Made by a program: the position numbers and the translations under genes. A stretch of DNA of 63,967 nt, the filler included, from Squatina squatina (Eukaryota), in NCBI GenBank assembly GCA_031763465.1. It is 4 parts of 4 records of this genome, joined end to end, with 100 filler letters (N's around TTAATTAATTAA, not from the genome) between each part and the next. Parts side by side here need not be neighbours in the genome. Positions count along the whole stretch, not along the records: positions 13,687 to 33,081 come from JARFOE010000073.1; positions 33,182 to 52,084 come from JARFOE010000192.1; 2 more parts are not named here. The stretch is one strand, 5' to 3'. Below the pieces are notes generated by a model, which was given only the letters and a program-made list of their open reading frames with translations, made no database searches and had not been told where the DNA came from. Below, one piece after another: positions 23,772 through 34,103 of the stretch (the stretch's first letter is position 1; the number at the start of each line of letters is the position of its first letter).

Positions 23772-24260
23772 CAACAACAACAGCTTGCATTTATATAGCA
23801 CCTTCAATGTAGTAAAACGTCCCAAGGCGCTTTAGAGGAGCATAATCAGGTAAAAAATTGACACTGAGCCAAAGAAGGAAATATTAGGACTTGTTTGGTC
23901 AAAAGGACAAGCTTGGTCAAAGAGAGAAGTTTTAAGGAGTGTCTTAAAAATGGAGAGAAAAGTGGAGAGGCAGAGAGGTTTAAGGAGTGAATTCCAGAGC
24001 TTAAGGCTGAGACAGCTGAAGCCAATGGCTTCGGTCTTCCCACTATTTAATTGGAGGAAATTCCTGCTCATTCAGTATTGTATGTTGGACAATCAGTGTG
24101 ATAAATCAGAAACAGTGGAGGGGTCATGAGATGTGGAGCTGAGGTAGAGTTGGGTGCTGTCAGTGTACATGTGGGAACTGATGTGTTTTCAGATGATGTC
24201 CCTGAGGGGAAGCATGTAGATGAGAAATGGAAGGGAGCCAAGGATAGATGGTGGGAGTGG
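23772..24260 (-). mobile_element. L2 LINE 3' fragment
   Basis: (caa)n tail, MSRNFLQLNSGKTEAI..LWNSL motifs. Confidence 0.8.
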
Positions 24261-24264
24261 GAAG

Positions 24265-25475
24265 AGGGAACAATATCAACATTTGCTGATGACACCAAAT
24301 TGGACAGTTAGATAGGTGGCAGTTGCAATTCAATCGAGAAATGTGAGGTAATGCACTTTTGAAATAAACGCAGGGAAAGCTTGAACAAGTTTAATGGTAA
24401 GAATTTAAATAGAACTGAAGATTAGAGGGGCCTTGGTGTGCAGATGCACAGGTCATCAAAGCTCGCACCAACAACTTGTATTTAAATAGCACCTTTAAAG
24501 CAGTAGAATATCCCAAGGGGCTTCACAGGAGTGTTATCAAACAAAATTTGATGCCGAGACTCATAAGGAGACATTAGTACAGGTGAGCTAGGTTTTAAGG
24601 AGTGCCTTAAAGGAGGAGATAGAGGTAGAGAGGCAGAAAGGTTTAGGAAGGGAATTACAGAGCTTAGGACTTAGGCAGCTGAAGGCACGGCGACCAATGG
24701 TGGAGCAACTAAAATCAGGGATGTGCAAGAGGCCAGATTGGAGGTGCACAGAGATCTTGGTGGGCTGTAGGGCCAGAGGAGGTTACAGAGATAGGGATTT
24801 GAAAATGAGGATGAGAATTTTAAAATTGAGGCTTTGCCGGACCAAGAACCAATGTAGGTTAGTGAATGCAGGGGCGATGGGTGAACGGGATTTGGTGTGG
24901 GTTAGGATACAAGCAGCAGAGTTTTGGATGAGCTCAAGTAGATACACCTTAAAAAGGCAAATGGTATCCTTGGTTTTACGACTAGAGGCCTAATTATCGG
25001 AAAAAATATAAAAGCAATGGAAAATAGGCAGCATAGATTCACTCGGATAGTACCAGGGATGAAGAGGCATAGTTACAAAGAAAGTCTTGAGGAGTGTGGG
25101 CTAATAAGTAGGTTAAGGAATGACCTGATCGAGGTATTCAAGGTCATGAAAGGTTACAAGTGGGTAACTAGTGACAGATTGTTTCCATTGATCAGCAAGA
25201 TGGTAACAGGAGCACACAAATTTAAGGTAATCACAAAAATAATTAAAGTGAAAGTTAGAGAAAAAAAATGGTTCACAAGAGTGGTTAGAGTGTTGTTGAT
25301 GCAGAATCCAGAAATTATTTTGAGAGGAAATTAGGTTGGTGTCTGTAAAAGAGAAATATTAAGAGGTATGGGAGTGAGCAGGAAAATTGGATTAGACAGT
25401 GGTTCATGTGGAGAAAAAGACTGGTGTAGATTTGATAGGCTAAATGTTTTTGTGCTGTAACATTCTATGACTCTA
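24265..25475 (+). mobile_element. Old CR1 fragment interrupted by a minus-strand L2 (24471-24935)
   Basis: ISTFADDTKL...KCEVMHF...; resumes RFTRIVPGMK..LRNDLIEVFKVMKG and a CR1 tail. Confidence 0.8.
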
Positions 25476-25572
25476 CAACTCACCTTTCTGCTGCCACGCT
25501 GTGCAATATTCTGTTACATTGTTATATATTGAAAAAAAGCAAAATGAAAGCACTAAATTACAAAACACTTAC

Positions 25573-25834
25573 ACATTATCATCGACTGAAAAAGTTGAAT
25601 TATGTACTTCAACAACTGATCCATCGACTTTCATGACAATTTGAGTGATCCTTGGAAAACCACCAACAGTGGAACGCCTCATCTGGATGTTGAATTCCTC
25701 ATAAGTACTCAAACATTGGGAAGCGAAGACATAATTGCAGGTTCCAGGGAAATAATAAACATCTCCATCAAAGGTTTTAAAGTGGTAATTTCCCCAGGTA
25801 CTGCAAACACGGTAATTGTGGTCTGGATTGTGAC
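25573..25834 (-). CDS. Gel-forming mucin unit B exon: VWD1 start (MUC5/MUC2-like)
   Basis: 262 bp, AG/GT; HNPDHNYRVCSTWGNYHFKTFDGDVYYFPGTCNYVFASQCLSTYEEFNIQMRRS. Confidence 0.95.
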
Positions 25835-26570
25835 CTACGAATTGAGAATCGTGTATAATTATTTTAAGGGGTGGTGAGTTACAAAGGGAGTTTTTTGGGA
25901 GATTTAGTCTGCAGAGAAGCTGGTTCTAAAAATCTGCACAGTTACGATACCGGCTGCCACAACAAATAGGTTTTATATTGTAATGCATTTGTTCACTTGA
26001 TTTGTCCTCATTTTAAAAAATTAATTAAAAAAACTTCCACCAAGTGTGATCAGCAAAGAAATATTGCCTCTGATCACATTTTCCTGATCATCCTGTTTAC
26101 TAACCTGGTAACTTGTTTCGTGAGACACAGAGAACGTTGCTCACTTAATTACTTAATCAGATAACGCTGACACAGGCTGGTCAATAAGTAATTACTTCAT
26201 AGGTTGATTTTTTTCAAGTTCCTAAGAAGTCCAACTACCAGCTCCTCCCTTTAATGGATTACTATCTCCTCAGATCTCACACAGAACTCCCACATCTCCT
26301 CCATTGCAATGATGCCTCCAGGAAGTCTGATTTCTCTTTCCTAACACTGTTCTTCGTCTCAACAGCTTTACATTCTCTATAACGCACAATCTATTCAAGA
26401 AATGGATACTGCTCACATTTCTGGAGAGAAGCTGTCAGCTGTTGTGGGCCGAATACAAGAGAAAGCTTCTCAACTGAATGGTTCTTCCTCTCTTTTCCAG
26501 CCTCCAGCTTTCTTCCTCAATGCAATATTTATTCTCTCTCTCTCTCGCTCTCTCGCTCTCTCTCGCTCAC

Positions 26571-26648
26571 TCCATTGTACTTGTGCTGCTATGGTCAGAA
26601 ATCCTGTGAACTTTCTTCTCTTTCTCCTTCGAGTCATCATATGTGATT
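26571..26648 (-). CDS. Candidate charged linker / N-terminal exon upstream of VWD1
   Basis: tgtatag|...|gtgagc, 78 bp, phase 2-2, open in frame with the preceding exon: ITYDDSKEKEKKVHRISDHSSTSTM; the preceding intron is only 69 bp. Confidence 0.5.
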
Positions 26649-26717
26649 CTATACAATTTTTCTCCCACCTGTGCCCTCACTTATGTTGAAATTAAGATTT
26701 ATCACACTGGCTCTTAC

Positions 26718-26785
26718 CGGAACTCATTCTTTCCTGAGACCTCAACACTTTGCAATTTGTTATCTTCCTTAGCCTTCTCTTCATC
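26718..26785 (-). CDS. Candidate charged linker exon (5' boundary at the gap edge)
   Basis: tttcag|DEEKAKEDNKLQSVEVSGKNEF|gtaaga; strong donor. Confidence 0.55.
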
Positions 26786-26891
26786 CTGAAANNNNNNNNN
26801 NNNNNNNNNNNNNNNNNNNNNNNNNNNNNNNNNNNNNNNNNNNNNNNNNNNNNNNNNNNNNNNNNNNNNNNNNNNNNNNNNNNNNNNNNNN

Positions 26892-27152
26892 ATCAAGTTC
26901 TGCTTGTCTCCAGACTCATTGCTCCTGTCTGGACTGCGTTTTGCTCGAGATGCTTTGTATACTGTTCTGTTAAGAGGTGGACTGGTTGGTTCCTCGCAGT
27001 TATTTTCTACACAATCACATGAATCCACATAGATGTATGGGTACTGAACAGTACTTCCATCAGGGCACGTCAAAATAGTTACCCTTTGGTGGGTCTTCAT
27101 CTCTTGACAACAAATACATTTGTGCTCCATTGAATTTGCTTCTGAAGAATAC
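26892..27152 (-). CDS. Mucin unit A: second cystine-knot (CK) exon with RAKR-containing tail; open into the gap
   Basis: YSSEANSMEHKCICCQEMKTHQRVTILTCPDGSTVQYPYIYVDSCDC...SRAKRSPDRSNESGDKQNL; no stop before the Ns. Confidence 0.95.
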
Positions 27153-27278
27153 CTATTAATTATTAGACATAGCATAAGAGAATTAAAACATGAGAAAGCA
27201 TGAGACAAAGCCGTTTAATATAATAATAAAGGAACATTTGGGGTAGCAGATACACCAAATAAAAAAGTTGTTACTTAC

Positions 27279-27399
27279 ATAGAGTAAGTACCACACATTC
27301 CTTCACATGCTGCCATTTCCACTTTGTCAGACGACTTGCAGCCATCTTGCATAATCTCCACCATCATGTTTGTACGCTTACAACTCTGTTTTTCTTGAC
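27279..27399 (-). CDS. Mucin unit A: first cystine-knot exon
   Basis: 121 bp, AG/GT; QEKQSCKRTNMMVEIMQDGCKSSDKVEMAACEGMCGTYS. Confidence 0.93.
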
Positions 27400-28018
27400 C
27401 TGTGTTATGATTGTAAATATGATCATTTAGAAACTGAGTAAAGGATTTCCAAAATGAAAAGAGAACAACAGCACTAACTAATAGCACTGGTTTGATGGTT
27501 AAAAAGTCTGATGAAAATTGGAATGAGTGAAACAAATCCAAATTTTCTATTCCGAAAGTTGGAGGTGAGCGTATCCTACTCATATTTTTGTGGACCTATA
27601 TTTTAAATATTAATATTTTTAAATAAGTTAGTGCTATTTCCACTGAGCAAAACGATGAGTAAAACTATTACTGTGCCCAATTCGTCCTTTTCATTTGGCG
27701 CTAAACTGGCATTAAAAGGGCATTAAGGGCTTAACGCCGATTTTGGGCATTAAACTTTGCACCATGAAATTCGTCCCCCATTAGCNNNNNNNNNNNNNNN
27801 NNNNNNNNNNNNNNNNNNNNNNNNNNNNNNNNNNNNNNNNNNNNNNNNNNNNNNNNNNNNNNNNNNNNNNNNNNNNNNNNNNNNNTCATACAAAAAGATG
27901 GCAGACAGAGGAGAAAAATAGACATTGAGTTCTTCTCACTTAGATTGTGTCTCATTGAGTGCATGGTCCAGGTTATCATACAATGATATTCCATGTAACA
28001 AAGTAACAATCAACTTAC

Positions 28019-28196
28019 TGCACTCAGTTTTTGTGCAACAATTATCATCTTGGATTGTTATACTCTTATTGATAAATCCTTCTCCTTCACAGGGCATCGT
28101 GGGGAAATTAGGACAATTATGTGGCTGACAGATGACACGGCGTGTGATCTTGTCACAGATGCAGTCCTGGCAGTTGAACTTAAATCTTTCATCAAA
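28019..28196 (-). CDS. Mucin unit A: VWC exon
   Basis: 178 bp, AG/GT; FDERFKFNCQDCICDKITRRVICQPHNCPNFPTMPCEGEGFINKSITIQDDNCCTKTEC. Confidence 0.92.
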
Positions 28197-29058
28197 CTAT
28201 TGAAAAAAAAACAATAAGAGAATAGTGATTGACCATTAGATCAGGTACATTATGATTTCTGTGCACTTATCAGACAACATGACCATGCTGAGAAGGGGAT
28301 ATTTTACAATTTGTACAGCAGAACAAGCCATATGCAATCCAGAGTTTGTGAGCAGTTTTATACTGTGAAAATAAGCAGATAAACATTTTTGAAAGAGGAA
28401 AAGACCATTGCACCTCATAAATCTGACCCTTATATCTCTCAACTCAATCTATTTGTATTCGCATCATATCCCTCTATCCCCCTGTTACATTTTCAGATTT
28501 TGAACCTTATTTTCATCACAGAAAGGATTTTAGAATAGCAAAAATTTAAGGCTGCGAATTTGCCCATTGCCCTATTTGGGGGCGGTAACTCTCTGGGAAC
28601 TTTTCGCGCCGGCCCCAGAAGTCCCGTCCCCAGCAAGATATTGGGATCACCACCCCAGAAATGAAGCAAAGCGCTGTCCGCTTCAGTTCCAGGGCGGTGT
28701 TGGGGGGCTGTTCAATCTGCAGAGCATCCCAATGCCCACCACTGGGCCAACAGGGATGCTTTTGTCCAGGCCAGCAGCCAGGCAAGCTAGTTGGCGTACT
28801 GGGCTAAAGGATGCCGGCCCAGTGGAGGCGAGGGCCGCCATTGGTCGGCTGACCGAAAAGTCGGCCGACAAACAGGATGGCGGCCTGAGGTGCAAATAGC
28901 ATCCCCTTTTAAGGGGAGGCCCGGCCGCCGAGTCGTGGGGGCCATCGCCACCGGCCAGNNNNNNNNNNNNNNNNNNNNNNNNNNNNNNNNNNNNNNNNNN
29001 NNNNNNNNNNNNNNNNNNNNNNNNNNNNNNNNNNNNNNNNNNNNNNNNNNNNNNNNNN

Positions 29059-29262
29059 TATTCCTTGTATTCACTGGCCGTCCCTCAGTAACTTTCTATT
29101 CCTTGTATTCACTGGCCATCCCTCAGTCTCGGTTTTCTTTCCTTGTATTCACTGGCCGTCCCTCAGTATCTTTCTATTCCTTGTATTCACTGGTCATTCC
29201 TCAGTATCTCTTTTTTTGATAATATTCACTGATGATTCTTCGGTGTCTCTTTTCTTCCTTAA
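29059..29262. repeat. ~38-40-bp tandem repeat, ~5 copies
   Basis: ttccttgtattcactggccgtccctcagta... units next to a gap. Confidence 0.85.
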
Positions 29263-29783
29263 TGTTTTGTTTATGATAATAGATATGCAGATATAATTAG
29301 TAGCAGAGATACAGCTCGTTTATGATCCAACCCAGCAATTTAAGAATTGGTTAAATTCATACAAAAGTAATTAATTCACTGTGAAAAATGCAAAGTATTT
29401 GTTTGATTTGTATTGTTATGAAATATGTTTTTAAGAATTAAATGATTTAGAGAATTTTATTAACCATCTGCAAAAATGAAAACATTTGCATTCTGTGCAT
29501 TTTCTTTTTTTGTTTAGAATCATCTTTTTACTCTTCATACAATGTCACTGTTAGGAAATGGAAATTTGTGAGCACCAAACAGTCAGCACCAAGCATTTCC
29601 AGATTGGACCAGCTATATCTTGGGTTCGATGCTGACATTTAAGTTAGGACCATTAAGGCAGTAACTGGAGGCTTTCAGACCACCGGCCTATGTTGTAAAC
29701 AAACAAGAGCTGTAAAAAGACAACATACAGCCCCCTGGATCAAGGTTTGTAGATTTTGTATGTTAATGCTGCAATATACTTAC

Positions 29784-29890
29784 GACAGATTTCAGGGGTC
29801 CTCCAGTCAATGCATATCCCGCTTTCATTGCAGGCGAAAGCATAGGCAGCTACAGCTGTGCAAAAACATTCACAATCTCCACCACTGTTA
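29784..29890 (-). CDS. Mucin unit A: C8-3 exon, 3' part only
   Basis: [35 protein letters not shown]|gtaagt; the expected 5' part of the exon is absent. Confidence 0.8.
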
Positions 29891-29977
29891 TGTCCTGGTC
29901 CAGGAGGCAAGGGACGTACTTTAATACTTACATTCCTTGGCAATATTATTCAGGTATTTTTATACCTGAGTGATGGA

Positions 29978-30182
29978 CAGGGTGACCAGATCAGAAGAGT
30001 TCCAAACCGGGACAATCGGCAATCCGGTCTCCACTGGGGCTGTGCATGCACAATCTGTTCTTCGCCGGAACTGCGCATGCGCAGTTGAGTGGACACCAAA
30101 AAAACAGACATTTGAGCACTTTTGAGGTAAATGTCGGGACACCGAGACACTTACTCAAAAGCCGGGACATTTGGTCACCCTA
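29978..30182. mobile_element. hAT (Tip100/MER96-like) MITE
   Basis: TIRs cagggtgacca...tggtcacccta; related copy in opposite orientation at 55675-55880. Confidence 0.7.
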
Positions 30183-31517
30183 CACTGAAATTCCTATTTT
30201 CCCAGAAATGGCTACATTTATTGGAATTTCACTGTAGACAGAATTCCATGAATGTGTAAATGTGAAATATAAACATTTTGGAACTTTTAGCTGGAAGGAA
30301 TTTATTTTATTCTGATATTTCTATAATGGTTAGATTCAGATTAAGAAAGGGTTAATTCCCAGCAATGGATAATCAATTTAGAATGTTGATCAGGGTGGTT
30401 CCTGGGTGGGAACATCAGACTCTTTGCTTACTTTTGCAGGTTACATTAGTTTTGAGACCATGCAATTCATCAATTTCTGATCCTAGGTCTAATGGAATGG
30501 AGTTTCAGTCGTTGTGCCCACTAGAGGGGCTTGACTGTATGTGGCTTCCAAGTGCAGCAAGCTCCCACACCAGAGGGATGATACTTCATTCAAGATGTAA
30601 CTTTGCTTGGCGGCTTAAAGAGCCAATCCTTGATACAGAGTTGAGAGAGCGGTCAGAGGGCTGTTTATAACCATGTCTCATCTCACTAGAATGCTTTTCA
30701 GTCTGCCTTCTGTAAGGGCAGTAGAGTGCACCTGGCTGCATATTAAAGTTCATAGTATCCAATAGACACAGCGGGGCCGGGGGCAGGGGGCAGGGCGGGA
30801 GCGGTCTATGTTATGATCTCTGGGTCATGCTGTCATTTAGCTAGATATTGGGCAGCAAAAGTGGGTTCCTCATCGAAAGGGACGCGAGGCCTGCTTATGA
30901 GAATGAGCACTGTGCTGAGCCGAGAGAATATCCAGTGCAGACCCATGAAAGTTGTAACAGTGCAATTCCTGAGAAGGTGATTTTGTTTGTGGTAATGAGA
31001 AAAATGATCAGCTAGTCATGATGCGCTCGCAGTAATAATCCTTTNNNNNNNNNNNNNNNNNNNNNNNNNNNNNNNNNNNNNNNNNNNNNNNNNNNNNNNN
31101 NNNNNNNNNNNNNNNNNNNNNNNNNNNNNNNNNNNNNNNNNNNNGGCAGGTGAACCAGACATTGCAGCTCAAGACCCCACCTTAGCCACCTTAGAGACTC
31201 TTTGATGCCTAAACTACTGGTGCTTCAGTGGGGAAAAAAATCCCCTCAGTATTTTATTTGCATTTTTTTAAATCCAGCTTAGCACTGTACTGAGAATTTC
31301 TAATGCCATGATGTATCAGGAGATGGTCTCATTTCTACAGTTCACAATCACGTAAATGTACTTATCTTACCCATGTGGTCAGTCTTGGTAGTCGAATCGT
31401 GCAGGGATGTGGCGCCTCCCCCTTGGGTGGGGATGATGAGGAAAATCTCTGACATGAACCACTCTTTCACTCTGTGACTGGATGGTAATTTATTACTTGA
31501 GGATGTACTCAATCTTA

Positions 31518-32160
31518 GGGGGCGAAATTGGGTGTCTTTGTGACTCCTGTTAGCGCCCCCTGGGGTGTAAATGGCTTTGCAACCAGGCGCGGTGATAACA
31601 TTATATTTGGCGGGAGTATTGGGGTGGCGCTGCGGCATTGCGCCTCAATCTCCTTTGCCCGGATATCGTGACCTCATCGTGGTAGTGCACCGGACCTGAA
31701 ATTGCCTGCAGCATCGCTGGACGAAAACACCGATAGCTGCAGGAGGTGTGCATTCGGTGGCCGGCCGCTTCAGGGGCGATGCTTAAAGGCGAGGTGGCCA
31801 AGGTAAGTGAAAAAAATCTTACCTTTTCTCTAGCAGCATTTTTCGCGGTTTCTTGCCCGTGATTGATCAGCCCGGCACTCTGCTTGAGTTCCAGGCTGAT
31901 CGCGCGGGATCACGGCTGCCACTGTGGTCCAGGTAAGTTGGTTTTCCTTTGCAGAGCCTGCAGCTCCCTTTAAGGGAGGAAGGAGCCTTTCAATGCAGCA
32001 ACACTGCCCAACCCAGTGTGCAACGCTGCTGAACTCACCGGCCCGCCTGCTGCTGATTGCGCTCGAAGGAGGAAGTGGAGCACTTGATTTAACATGCCAC
32101 TCTCTTCTTGGAGCGCAAACGCCGAATTTTTTTAAAGTTTGAAATGATTAGCGTGTCACT
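31518..32160. mobile_element. PIF/Harbinger-like MITE (left part), same family as 13687-14107
   Basis: Begins gggggcgaaattg after tta; shares internal sequence with 13742-14010. Confidence 0.6.
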
Positions 32161-32311
32161 NNNNNNNNNNCCCCAAATTGTGAGATATCCAATTCCATAC
32201 CCTTAGACTTTTAACTAGGAACAGAATATTTCAAAATGGCATAGGAATTAAGTTAATGCTAATTGTACAATTATAATACTTCATTATGAAGATGAATCTC
32301 AGGATACCCAC

Positions 32312-32412
32312 ACAGTCCAGATTCTGGTTTCCGCAAATCCTGCGACACTCTGCTCCTGTTGTGCCTGGCTCGGTAGTATTACAGCTGAAATAGGTCTTAG
32401 GTGGGAAACACT
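32312..32412 (-). CDS. Mucin unit A exon: TIL' start
   Basis: 101 bp, AG/GT; CFPPKTYFSCNTTEPGTTGAECRRICGNQNLDC. Confidence 0.93.
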
Positions 32413-32519
32413 CTATCCAACACAAAATGTTTGTAAGGTTGTGTCATATATTTGAATATTGTTTAAATTAACAAGATATTTGTTAACAAATGTTTGTTAA
32501 ACTGGACAGCAAGACTTAC

Positions 32520-32572
32520 TCTTCATTCTATATAGTGACGTAATGCACTGCACTTTTCCATCTTGACATTCA
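32520..32572 (-). CDS. Mucin unit A exon: E2 end
   Basis: 53 bp, AG/GT; ECQDGKVQCITSLYRMK. Confidence 0.9.
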
Positions 32573-32670
32573 CTGTAACAGATAGGTAGGGAAGTGTAAG
32601 ATCAAATCGTATTAATACCATAATATTACCAGTATGGGGCAAAATCACTACAGTGGCCACTTTAATTTAC

Positions 32671-32926
32671 CAATGTGTATCTCCTTGACTAATCATCTCT
32701 CCAGGATTCAAGAGGGTGCCTTGGTAGAGGCATGGACATTCAGATGAGGACACACATCTCCCTTTATCATTCATGTACGTTCCTTCAGTGCAGCCACATC
32801 CATCCACAGGCACATGTTGTATTCCGCACGTGATATCTTTTGCACTCAGAGAATGGCAAGTGCGCCTGCAGCTCTTCATATCATAACTGTATGTTAGTGT
32901 CTCAGGGCAGGTCTTTATGTAAGAGT
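32671..32926 (-). CDS. Mucin unit A exon: TIL2/E2
   Basis: 256 bp, AG/GT; SYIKTCPETLTYSYDMKSCRRTCHSLSAKDITCGIQHVPVDGCGCTEGTYMNDKGRCVSSSECPCLYQG. Confidence 0.95.
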
Positions 32927-33081
32927 CTGCAACAAATTAGTTAAAGCAGATGAGAAAAGTCAAGAATGAAAAAAGGCCAGTCTGCCAAAAAAACTTGCTG
33001 TGTTAATTTACGTTGAAAGTTACTGGCAGGCCTTAGCTAAAGAAGTCCATGTGAAAAAGTCCTGATGCCTCAGTACTTTTA

Positions 33082-33181
33082 NNNNNNNNNNNNNNNNNNN
33101 NNNNNNNNNNNNNNNNNNNNNNNNNTTAATTAATTAANNNNNNNNNNNNNNNNNNNNNNNNNNNNNNNNNNNNNNNNNNNN
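33082..33181. other. Artificial scaffold-joining linker
   Basis: TTAATTAATTAA at 33126-33137 within Ns. Confidence 0.95.
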
Positions 33182-33671
33182 GGGAATGAGAGGAGAGGGA
33201 AAGGGGGGAATGAAAGGGAGCAGAGAAAGCATTTTTGTTTTGTCTTTAAAGGATGTGGTTTAAAAATTTGTAATTTTAGTTTCTGTCATTTGAAATCCAG
33301 TCTAAACTTGGTCCTTGAATTCACATGGTCACTATAAAATATGTCCTTGCATATTTTCAGTCAACTGATAAAAATGTCTTCTGTTTTTAAAACCCTGAAT
33401 GTCTGATTCAAAGTACTATAATGGCCAATCTCACATAAATGGACAGTACTTTTAAATTAAAATCCAACGATGAGGTAAAAAAATTGTCTAAAGATTAACC
33501 AGACTGCATCATTTTTATAAAATTCAAAATTTTATGTCGAGGGGGAAATGGCCCTCGCCCCTAGAAGCATACATTAATGCACACCAGGGAATGGTGGACA
33601 CAATTTGGAGGGAATACAATTTTAAATTTGCTTCTGCTCAGCACTGCACTGGAATTTGATTCGGGCTCAAT

Positions 33672-33832
33672 TAAAAAAAAAAATTTGTTTATGGGATGTG
33701 GGCGTCGCTGGCAAGGCCAGCATTCGTTGCCCGTCCCTAATTGCCCTCGTGAAGGCGGTGGTGAGCCACCTTCTTGAACACAACTGAGTGGCTTGCTCGG
33801 CCATTTCAGTGGCTGGTTAAGAGTCAACCAAT
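33672..33832 (-). mobile_element. SINE 3' part with a LINE-derived tail
   Basis: Minus strand: ..tgaaatggccgagcaagccactcagttgt joined to gttcaagaaggtggctcaccacc...gggcaattaggg...cacatccca, the tail of the 61485-63850 LINE family. Confidence 0.75.
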
Positions 33833-33936
33833 GGACAACTGTCTTGCCAAGTAGAGATGAGGGCACTACTGACTGATCTCTCTCCGTCTCTCTCATGCAT
33901 CTTGTTATCTATTGCATTTTTCTATCAAAGATATAC

Positions 33937-34103
33937 CTTGGTTACTTAGGTCGTCCACTAAGATGATCTCCTTGAGAAATTTCTTCGGGGCTGTGTCCAT
34001 AACACTGTTCACTGTCCTTAGAAGGGTGGACCAGGCTTCATTGTGGAAACAAATGATGATGCTGGCAGTTGGCAGATTCTGACTGTATTCCTGCTGCAGG
34101 CAT
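33937..34103 (-). CDS. GALNT15: Polypeptide N-acetylgalactosaminyltransferase 15 exon (GT-A domain start)
   Basis: 167 bp, AG/GT; [55 protein letters not shown]; CLQQ..LPTAS and VDDLS are GALNT15-like. Confidence 0.85.

Noticed and set aside
26714-27208. Single continuous 164-aa ORF across the gap as proof of read-through
   Set aside because: The gap is a 100-N placeholder, so frame agreement across it has a 1-in-3 chance of being coincidental.
31371-31477. Exon-like segment with a GTAAG donor between mucin contigs
   Set aside because: No frame resembles a mucin domain or any protein I recognise.
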